NCBI GenBank assembly: GCA_030167865.1
Contig: JALAGF010005801.1
Coordinates: forward strand, 1 to 52,648
Origin: Craspedostauros australis
Taxonomy: Eukaryota
Direction of reading: 5' to 3'
DNA: 52,648 nt
Below are positions 43,589-52,648 of the stretch, in pieces. Position 1 is the first letter of the stretch. Every line of letters starts with the position of its first letter. The translations under genes and the position numbers were made by a program. The notes under the pieces were generated by a model. That model had not been told where the DNA came from, searched no databases, and saw nothing but the letters and a program-made list of their open reading frames with translations.

Positions 43589-46495
43589 ATGAGTAAGAAG
43601 CGCCGGATCCGCGATCGATCAACGCACGACACTGACAGCCTTTCCGGCGATGCTGAAGATGGGACCCAGGGAGAGCGCATTGGCGAAAATAGCAGTATCT
43701 ACAGTCAAAGTATCAGCCAAAGTCATAGCCAACATGCCGATGGTTTGGCGCAGGCACAAGTGCAGCCATCTCAGATTGAAGCGCTGTTGCGTGCTCGCTT
43801 GCAAACGCAACAGCAGCAACAACAACAACAACACAGCCAAGCATTGATGTTCGCGCAAGCAATTCCCGGTCTCCAGCAGCACATTCATCCGGATGGCCAG
43901 GGTCAGCATCATCTGCACCAGATGCAGCAGCTCCAACGGCAGTATCTCCTGCAGGCGGCCAGTGCTTCTGCTGCACCTGCCGAGGCCATTTCTAGGCTTC
44001 TAGGTACGAATCTAGGCTTTGCATCGGCCCTCGCGGCAAATGCAAACTTGCGATTGGGTGATACAGGTTCATCGCAGCAGCAGCAACAACAACAACAGCA
44101 ACAACAACAGCATTCCGGCCATCCACATCGTGCCCAGAACGTCAATGTGGCAGGCGCAACCCAAGACCATGCAGCATCTGCTGCATTTGCCTCATTGCCA
44201 CCACCGTCATCATCTCCGACGACGACAACAGCGGTAGCGGCAACATCACCACCGAGTATCTCGGAAGGAAGGTCGCGGCAAGACGGTGCCAAGAAGAGTG
44301 CAAGAAGTGGAAAGGCGAGCGCGGCGCGCACGAAATCCGACGCAAGAGATGGCAGACAGGATGAAGGCGACAGCCAAGGCGACAGTGCAAGCGAAAGCAG
44401 CGCACCTCGTGCAAACTGGGTATCAGTACCAGGCCCGAACGACGTCAAGCTTGGGCGCGGCAAGCCTTTCCAGTCTCATGGAGGCAACCGACGCATGCAC
44501 AGGATTGTCAATGCTTGCAGGACGATGTATTATCGGTCGGACAGAGCGAACAAAGTCTCCATCGGCCAGGCTCTGGTCACGCTGATCAAGCAGAATGGAG
44601 CGAGGTTCATCCAGCAAGTGCAGGGCTACAGCGGTGGCTGGAAGGAGGTTGACGACAGCGTGGCAAAGGAGAAGATTGCGCATACATTCCGCAACAAGCT
44701 CAAGAAACTCAAGGAACAGGGGATCGATCCAAAGGTCGATGAAATACCCCTGGAGTCGGACGACGATGGCGATGGCAATGCCGATGCCGGGATGGAAGAC
44801 CACTCTATCGCATCTCTCACAACATCAGTGTCGGCCATAATTGAGGCCCAGAAGAAGGCAAGCCGGTCAGCATACGCCAGTCGAAAAACGTCAGGCAAGC
44901 GCAAGATCAGATCGGAAAAGATGGGGGGCCGGAAACAGAGATTGGGACAGCAGGAACAACGACACTCGAAGCAAGCACAGCCATCAACCAGAGATGACGG
45001 CCAAATCGAACTCGAAGTGAAGAATCAGGGTGTGGATGGCAATATCGAAAACGCTGCGTTGATGTCTTCCGTCGCAGAGATGAGCTTGCCTCATGATGGA
45101 AAGGTTGCAGCCACAGAGAGTGCGAAGATGTCCGCAGTTGGCCTCGACACCTCAGCTCTCAGGCTCATAGAAAGTCAGGCCTCTCCAAACTCAGACTCGG
45201 CGAGGCAGGAGCTTGCGCTACAAGCACAGATTCGCATGCTTGCGGCAGAGAATATCCCCCAAGTTCAGCAACAGCAACAACAGGAGCAGCTACAACACCA
45301 TTCACAAGCACAAGCACAAGCACAAGGACTGCAAGACACGCACTCTGGCATGCAGCAGCAGATAATAGATCGGTACCTGCTGCTGTTGAGTCAGGAGGGA
45401 AATCACGAACTCCCAATGCGTGAGCAACAGCGAGCACAACTGCAGCAGCAAATACAGCCGCAGCTGCGACAGCAACAAGATGAACGCCGGTTGCTGCAGG
45501 GGCTAGAGCTATCGAGGCAGCTTCAATCTCAGACGCAGCAAAGACTTCTGCTGGAGCTTCAGGCACAACAGCAACAAAGCCAATCTCAACTTGGTTCACA
45601 GCTTGGGTCTCTTCGGAATCTCACGGCTTCCTCCGCCACACTGCAGTCATCGAATGCTAGCCAGCAAATGGCGGCCTTGCAGAATCAATATGGTGGAGTC
45701 TCATCCTTGTTGGCTGATATGACAGGCTCGAGAAGCGACACGTCTAATGACCATCAGCAACGCGCGTTGCTGCAACACCTCAACGTAGGCAATCTACTGC
45801 GAGAAGTCAACCCACCGGCGCTTCCAAGCTCGTCATCGTCATCAGCTCTGCAGCAGCAAATTCGCCAAGAACAGGCGCTCCGATCACTCCAAATGTCGTC
45901 GGCACGACGAGATGCCGCCTCTGCTATTGCCTCCGCTGACAGTGGTCTTTTCGCTATTGGCAATGACGGTGTCAACCGTGCGAGGAGTATCGATAGCGAG
46001 AGCACCAGCGACAATTTCGGACCAGGAAACGAGGCAGGGATGGTAACGTCTACCTCCGCGTCAACATCGGCATTCCTCTCGGCTCAGCTCAGCATGCTTC
46101 AACGTGCAGGTGGTGACATTGACCATGATACTCTGCCGCCACCAGGGGGGACAGAAGCTGCAGCGATATCAGTACAGGCATTATTGGCTCAGAGAGCTGC
46201 TTCAACATATTTGCTTGCCCCAGGGTTGTTGTCGCAATCAGTGTCTGCCCTGGGAGATGTGGGAGTCTTGACAACAGGAGCAGGGACACGCATCACGGGA
46301 GATGGGACTGGACGATTGAATCTTCCAGGGATGGGCAATGACGGTGAGACTCAGACCACGAGGGTTGGAAACATCCAAGTGAATAGTGACTTCGGTGTGC
46401 CACCTGCTTCGGCAAGCGCTCTTGCAGCAAGTGCCCAAGGAGAGTCTGAAGCCGATTCCGAACTTGGAAAAGGTGGTACCGATGGCGCTCGATAG
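43589..46495 (+). CDS. DUF6824-domain, glutamine-rich protein (~968 aa), probable nuclear regulator
   Basis: Domain PGPNDVKLGRGKPFQSHGGNRRMHRIV...KVSIGQALVTLIKQNGARFI...WKEVDDSVAKEKIAHTFRN matches the diatom-expanded DUF6824 pattern. The protein has polyQ tracts and a basic start, MSKKRRIR (ATG 43589). Confidence 0.9.
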   Translation: MSKKRRIRDRSTHDTDSLSGDAEDGTQGERIGENSSIYSQSISQSHSQHADGLAQAQVQPSQIEALLRARLQTQQQQQQQQHSQALMFAQAIPGLQQHIHPDGQGQHHLHQMQQLQRQYLLQAASASAAPAEAISRLLGTNLGFASALAANANLRLGDTGSSQQQQQQQQQQQQHSGHPHRAQNVNVAGATQDHAASAAFASLPPPSSSPTTTTAVAATSPPSISEGRSRQDGAKKSARSGKASAARTKSDARDGRQDEGDSQGDSASESSAPRANWVSVPGPNDVKLGRGKPFQSHGGNRRMHRIVNACRTMYYRSDRANKVSIGQALVTLIKQNGARFIQQVQGYSGGWKEVDDSVAKEKIAHTFRNKLKKLKEQGIDPKVDEIPLESDDDGDGNADAGMEDHSIASLTTSVSAIIEAQKKASRSAYASRKTSGKRKIRSEKMGGRKQRLGQQEQRHSKQAQPSTRDDGQIELEVKNQGVDGNIENAALMSSVAEMSLPHDGKVAATESAKMSAVGLDTSALRLIESQASPNSDSARQELALQAQIRMLAAENIPQVQQQQQQEQLQHHSQAQAQAQGLQDTHSGMQQQIIDRYLLLLSQEGNHELPMREQQRAQLQQQIQPQLRQQQDERRLLQGLELSRQLQSQTQQRLLLELQAQQQQSQSQLGSQLGSLRNLTASSATLQSSNASQQMAALQNQYGGVSSLLADMTGSRSDTSNDHQQRALLQHLNVGNLLREVNPPALPSSSSSSALQQQIRQEQALRSLQMSSARRDAASAIASADSGLFAIGNDGVNRARSIDSESTSDNFGPGNEAGMVTSTSASTSAFLSAQLSMLQRAGGDIDHDTLPPPGGTEAAAISVQALLAQRAASTYLLAPGLLSQSVSALGDVGVLTTGAGTRITGDGTGRLNLPGMGNDGETQTTRVGNIQVNSDFGVPPASASALAASAQGESEADSELGKGGTDGAR

Positions 46496-49400
46496 AGCAA
46501 GGTACGCTCAATGAAACAGTGCGGCAATTCATTCCTATCATAATGTAGAGTGCTCTACTCTATTATGTTGTGCATGTATTACTCTATAATAGATTGCTAG
46601 GGCATTCTGTCTTTTCTGCAAGTACGAGCTATGCCATGGCAGAGAAGCCACTTACACGAGAGTGTCGACGACGTTGGCGAGGATGAGAGGCCTGGCAACT
46701 GAAAGACGAGGATAATCGATTCGAATCCATCTTTCCTCATGTTTACGATCACACTCTGCAACTATCTATTACCATCAATGGGGTAGCAATCGAAAGGCGT
46801 GCCCGACTTCACGAGGGCTCCAGCACCTCGCATGGTACTATGCGATGAAGGCAGATGAAGATGCAGATCATGATGGTGAAGTTCACACAATCATGAGGAG
46901 CACCGAAAGCCAATCGTACTGTTACCGCTCAAGTCCTCACAGACGTGCGGAGGCGGTTGTTCCATGGCGGGGAGGTCGCGGTTTCTGCGATACGGAGAGT
47001 GTGGTGCTTCTGGAAGCAAAGTGCCATAGTATCTCCATCTCGCATGCTTACGTACCGGGGAGATTGAATAGTATTATATGTGATACCCCTGACGCACCGT
47101 CTTCGTGGTGTTCATTACAGAGTATTAGACCATTATGAGCGTGTGGACAAGAGGGAAACGCTGCTTTCCCTCTGCCCAACCTCATCCATGGACATGTCGT
47201 TGTTGTTGTTGCTGAATTGTGGCGTCACGCAACGATACGATATGAAGCAGAGCACTCTATTCGGCTCTACTCTACTCGTACATGAGTTGACAATCGAATC
47301 AGGATAACACGGTGATGGGGTATCGCTGTGAGTGCTGCATTGGAAGTACAATTGCGATGATGATCTTTGTGGGAAGCCATGTTTGCACTCTGTTGGGTTC
47401 TTCGATTTTGCGCGGCATCACATGTCATGCCGTGGTCATGTTTGACAACATCCTGTTGGAACGAAGTCACCCTTATTCGCACGGAAAGTCTCATCTGCGT
47501 CATCCGAGACCACATAATACTATCCGTACGTAGAATAAGTCGTCCGTAGATGGAGTAGTCCTCCGGCGCCGGTACGAGTAGCTCGTATGCATTCGTCCCA
47601 CACACCTCTGCTCTATTTGGGGCTTGAACAGCGCAGTTGTGTCGCTGACTTTCTGAACTCGCCAGGGGCCAAAACATGACAAAACCCGACTGTGATGGTG
47701 CCCTGGCAGGAACAAGTTCGATTTTGTGTCTGGCGTGTGCGAGCGTCACCGGCCCGGATCACGCTCCAGTCAAACGTCCTCTTCAATCAAACACACCGTA
47801 ATACAGAAAACGCAACGCACAGTCAGGCACCACAACACGTTCGTATCCTCATAATGGACAACGAATCTCAAGAAAACGGAACAAGAGGCACATACCAACA
47901 TCGACCACACTTATGCTCGCAAAGCGGAACGCGGGCGCGTGATTGGTCACCCAAGAATCGCCGCAGTGGGCTCTTCTGGCGCTTCCAAACGATGACGAGC
48001 CACCATGGGTTGAGGGAACAAACAACCCATCTCATGTGATGAATTTGTCAGCCTTTGTGGGGAGGTCGCCATGATGAATAAGCCGTTGCGAAACACTCTC
48101 CGCTTTGCGTTTGTGTTTGTGCGTGCGTTTATGTGCGTTTGTGAGCGGCCGTGTTCCACCAACTCGCGAGCAGCAGTGTGCCAAAGCACATAGCGACCAT
48201 AAGTGGATGGCGAAAACGGGGCACTGTTTGCGTCCATTGCAGAGATTGAGCTGTATTCCCATGTACATAGAGCGCACGAGCCATGTACAGTACGTATGCA
48301 CCATAAGCATACATGGCAATGCACATGGATGACAGCGCGGTACTATCTCCAGGAAGCAAACGGTAGCTGTGAAGAGAGGGTGGCATGCATACGCCTCGGG
48401 AAGCAGCATGAGCCATACACACAATTGATGCAAGTTAGTGTCCATAGCACAAACAGGTACAAATCGACATTGATTCTTGGTAGAAAGTTCATCAATGTGC
48501 TCTATGTCCACGGTAACCCCGCACGTTGGTTCGCCACTGTTGGCGATGGTAATGGTATCGACCAGATGACAACATGCAACATGCACCACGAGCTTCGCCT
48601 GCTGTCTTTCCCGAAAGCGGCTTCAGATTCCTTCCTTCTCGCACAACGCTTTCCACCATTCCCAACCAACAGGTTCAATGGTTGAATGGTGTGCAAAATC
48701 CACATTGTGTACCAAAGCGTAATCTCTCTCTCTCTCGCTGCGAAGAGGCAGAGTACATTGTGCAATACGTGCAGCGAATGGCAACAATCTATTATACATC
48801 TCTGGTTGATGTGGAGATGTGAACATGCTCCACGCACGCGCGCTCCATGCGAGACCAAGTGTAGTCGAAGAAGGCCTCCGAGGAGACACTGACACGGCAC
48901 TCTGTAGGACAACAGCAACCTTCCGTTTTCCTTTTGTTATATGCATCAAGGACACTCTATATGCTATCGCATAGGTTGTCCCGATGTCAAACTACATATG
49001 ATATCTTGCCAACCACCAAGTCGTTCATTCCATACGCACTGCGACACAACTAGGACTCAACTGCGCTAGCCAATCCACCAATGGTTCATGCGAACGTTAT
49101 GCTGTTCAAACGTGTTTTGCTTCTTGGAAGTCTCACACTTCTTCTTGCGAGTCATCGAACAGTATGGAACAAACACTTGGGACCAACATCTTGGTGCCTC
49201 CACCACACCACCTCGCCGTTGCACGAATCAGCGTGTTCGTTTTCGACAAACAAAATGGAGCAAACACAGCACATCATGGCATTAGTGCTGATCGATGGAC
49301 AATCCGATATCGAAGGCAATCAAGGAACGGTTACCAAGTGAATGCAAGTTGCTCATGCAACTGCAATCCATCGGTGTCGAGGCTACTTCTCTCATGCACA

Positions 49401-49718
49401 TGCCCATTCCAACCGCTGCGTCATCCTCCGACGTACGCGTAACACCCCACAACATCATCTTTGTTCCATCCCACACCAACACATCGCAACACACCAAGAA
49501 CACACAAAAACAGAAACACAAAAGACAAAATACAGAACGCAAACACAAACACAAACACAAAATACAGAACACAAACCACACATCTTCTTCGTGGTGCCTC
49601 AAGTCGACACGTAGGCCCGTCACTTGTTCACTATCTGACTTCTGGCATCCCTCGCAGTTTCTTGTGCCTCTTGCTGGTCCAATTACTCACACGCTTCCCG
49701 TGACGCACGCACCCATAG

Positions 49719-50525
49719 ATGCAGGTACGACACGCGATCGATTACTCTGCCAACATGCTAGTTCAACACGGAACAAACGAAACCAGCGGCCCTACCTTTG
49801 CCAACCCTGCCTTCATCGCTCATGGCAATAAGATGGCCGAGAGCCTCGATGCCTCCAACTCCATTCAGGTTGGCATTGATGGAACGTGGCCGCCTGTCTC
49901 TCGGTCCTTCTTCGCCGACGGATCGTTGTATCAGGCACAGCTCCGACAACTGGAAAGGGACGGATTGATGCGACGAAGGCAGCAGCAACAAAAGGAACAG
50001 GAAGAAATCCGACGGGAATACAAGCACGTGTACGGATACACTGGTGATGATGATACACGAGACCACAACGCATCGAAGCCCGACACGCAACACAGCAAGG
50101 CCAGAAATGGCATGCACGTCACCACAGCTCCGTTGAGTCCATCGCCATGCGGAGATTGCCTTGTGATGAGTGCAGAGACCGTGAGAAGCGTACTGGCAGC
50201 ACTCTCTGATCTTCTTTCCCAACCTTTGTTCTCACGATCATCGCAAGAATCGGCACAAGAACCATCGCCATCACAGACGCCGTTGTCGTCAAGCAGTTCG
50301 ACATGTAACTTGATGCCATCTTTGTCCGCAGATACGCATTTGCATGGGGGCTGCACAAAGAAACACAGCATCGAAATCCTTCAAGATCATTGCCGTGGCT
50401 TCGTGGATGATCAAGATCACAACTTGAGGCCCCATGACAGGTCCACGGAACTGGGTTGCTCGTACGACACGGCCAACAATAGGTGGACCATTGTCCGAGA
50501 GGACGCAAGGAACCACCATGATTGA
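49719..50525 (+). CDS. Hypothetical protein (268 aa)
   Basis: ORF with a charged coiled-coil-like stretch (QLRQLERDGLMRRRQQQQKEQEEIRREY) and an S-rich region, preceded by a CA-rich 5'UTR-like tract. No family recognised. Confidence 0.55.
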   Translation: MQVRHAIDYSANMLVQHGTNETSGPTFANPAFIAHGNKMAESLDASNSIQVGIDGTWPPVSRSFFADGSLYQAQLRQLERDGLMRRRQQQQKEQEEIRREYKHVYGYTGDDDTRDHNASKPDTQHSKARNGMHVTTAPLSPSPCGDCLVMSAETVRSVLAALSDLLSQPLFSRSSQESAQEPSPSQTPLSSSSSTCNLMPSLSADTHLHGGCTKKHSIEILQDHCRGFVDDQDHNLRPHDRSTELGCSYDTANNRWTIVREDARNHHD

Positions 50526-52086
50526 CCGTCATGTGCGATCAAGTGACACAATCCGTGCGGCAAACTGTCCACCAATGCCCAAGGGTCTCTGTCTGTTTTC
50601 TGAATGACCGGCTTCCGTCGCAGCATTTACGCCACTCCGCCTGTACCACCGTAATCGTGCATGGTACGGCTCAAGCTGTACCGTATCCTATGATAGAGTC
50701 GAACCACATAGTATGGAACATCTCGAGTTTGGAATATCCCAGGGGCCACCTGTCGAGATGGTAGAGCATGACGCCCCATTGGCAGTGGAAAAAGTGCCTC
50801 GTCGGCCACTGTTGTGACAACTGTGCGGTGATGTGTGTGTGGGTGTGTGTGGGCATGTGTCTGTACCAATACGAGTGGCTTGCATGGTGCGGCGCCTCAT
50901 GCCCGGGAGGATGCGACCAGCACCCTCTCCAGTCTTTGCTGCAGGAGGAGACGATGGGATGCTCGTGCAGAGATGACTGGGGACGAACCCTTCGTGACTT
51001 CAGTGATGAGTTTGGGAAGCCCCAAAGAAAAAAACTCACGATGGTACCATCGCCGGTTGTCATGGATTGCGAATGCCGCGATAATTGCACGAGTGTGTTG
51101 CGATGTTTGATCGGTTGTCACGATGGTGCCAATGTAAGAGTGGATGGTGTGGTTAGCGAACTCCTGGACGGGATCGATGGAGGCAAACGAACATCTCAGA
51201 AAAACACAGCACAAGCAGTCGTACCGTACTTCGCAATCAAGAGACAATGGCGAAGACTTTGCGAACATTCATGAAGACCTCCATCCACACTTGAGGTTCC
51301 GATGCCGATACGTACCACAAGGTGGACATGAATGTGAAGACATCATCAGAGTTGGCACGATGTTGCGTCGGAACATCCAATGCATTGGTGTGCGATTGTT
51401 CCGTGTTGTGTTGTGAGGCGTGTTTTCGCTTGGGCAACTCTCGACAGACACGAACACGATCTCCTTTTCGTGAGGTCTGGGATACTGCATGAGAACTTGA
51501 TGATGTTGAAGGCGGTTTAGTCCATCGGATCGAGTTGGTTCCAGGTGAGGTGACATTGTGCACTTGTGGAGAACGTGTGTGAGGACATTGGTCGTGTCAA
51601 GACTGTTGATTCCTATCGTTAAATCGAATAGAGGTGGTTCCTGTCTCTTAGTAGTTGGTCATGAACGATGAGGATAATGTCGGCTCAGCGCACCCAATGC
51701 GATTCTGCTTGATGGTTCGTGGAACATCCTCGCTGAGTTTTGTGGATTCTCGTTTGCGGGAATGAGTTGACAAGCACACGAAGAACAACACCGACCACAA
51801 CGTCCAAGATCACACCGCTGGAACCGAAGACTGCACAGCCCCAACAGATGGAAGCGCGTTGATCGCGAGCGCGTTCGTGTACTTGTGCTCGAGCTAAATC
51901 CATGGAAGTCGACGCAAATCGATGCAAATCAAGGAGCGAAACACAGCCCATGTGATGCCACAATCAAGAAACACAACAACCCAAATTCTCATAAATCACA
52001 TGTTGATTGACCACTCCGTCCAATCCGCAACAGCACAACTCTCTCGACTCTCTGAACTTGCCCAACCTTGCTCAACCTTTCTCACC

Positions 52087-52648
52087 ATGAACTCTAACTT
52101 TGATGCATTCGCAACACCACCAGCCGGTTCCAACATGAACGCAGGCGCCAGCAACAGCCAGCAGATCGTTCCTGCCTTTGCGGCCCCACCAAACCCTTAC
52201 CATCAGCAGGCGCATCAACAGGCGCAACAGGCGCAGCAGCAGTCCACTGGTTTCCATCAGATGGATCCGTTCGCCCCAGCTCCGCAGTCGCAGCCACAGA
52301 TGCAGACGCAGCCAACAGCCGCAGTCAGCCCATTCATGACATCCACTCCAGCACCAGCCCCAACCCGCGACATGCTCGTCAGCACCGACTTCGCCGCTCC
52401 TTCTGTGATCGCACCATCCGCCTCTCAGGACGATCAGGATGTCTTTGCTCTCACCAGCACTGCTGCGAACAGCAACAGTCCCAGCAGTTACAGTAACTAC
52501 AGCAGCAGCAATTACGGACAGACACAGCAAACAACAACAGCGACACCAGCAGCAACACCAGCAGCAACAACACCAACGCCAGTATCCACCGATCTGGTTG
52601 CCACCGACAACAACACCAGCGGGTACTCTCAGGAATTCATCAAAGCCC
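52087..52648 (+). CDS. 5' part of a low-complexity Q/P/A/T-rich protein with DPF/FDAF-type motifs; runs off the window
   Basis: caccATG at 52087, open to the window end: MNSNFDAFATPPAG...NPYHQQ...MDPFAPAPQ...SPFMT...GYSQEFIKA. It is absent from the ORF track because there is no stop. Confidence 0.8.
   Translation, partial: MNSNFDAFATPPAGSNMNAGASNSQQIVPAFAAPPNPYHQQAHQQAQQAQQQSTGFHQMDPFAPAPQSQPQMQTQPTAAVSPFMTSTPAPAPTRDMLVSTDFAAPSVIAPSASQDDQDVFALTSTAANSNSPSSYSNYSSSNYGQTQQTTTATPAATPAATTPTPVSTDLVATDNNTSGYSQEFIKA

Overview
Eukaryotic genomic DNA, most likely from a diatom. This is an inference from a DUF6824-type gene, kinesin-light-chain-type TPR and RNI-like LRR genes, a GT-AG intron, and microsatellite-rich spacers. 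From left to right the window holds: the 3' part of a probable Sola3-like DNA transposase and TE-like DNA with two N gaps; a low-complexity glycine-zipper gene; a strongly CpG-depleted relic; and a ~15.5 kb tandem array (9759-25227) of four 3.6-4.2 kb units. Each unit carries an open ~430-500 aa RNI-like LRR gene (+) and a broken FAD-dependent monooxygenase (-). The four LRR paralogues are near-identical in scaffold segments but highly variable at the exposed positions of the LxxLxL strands. They show a large excess of amino-acid-changing differences and mosaic ancestry, so the array is a candidate diversifying recognition (immune-like) locus and the main finding. A 165-bp solo-LTR-like insertion with a 5-bp target-site duplication lies upstream of the first copy, and the other units keep the empty site. 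To the right are another RNI-like LRR gene, a hypothetical gene, a 1091-aa TPR gene, a two-exon F-box/LRR gene, a polyQ DUF6824 gene, a small hypothetical gene and the 5' end of a DPF-motif gene. No rRNA, tRNA or CRISPR array could be supported. All family assignments come from motif recognition by eye, not database searches.
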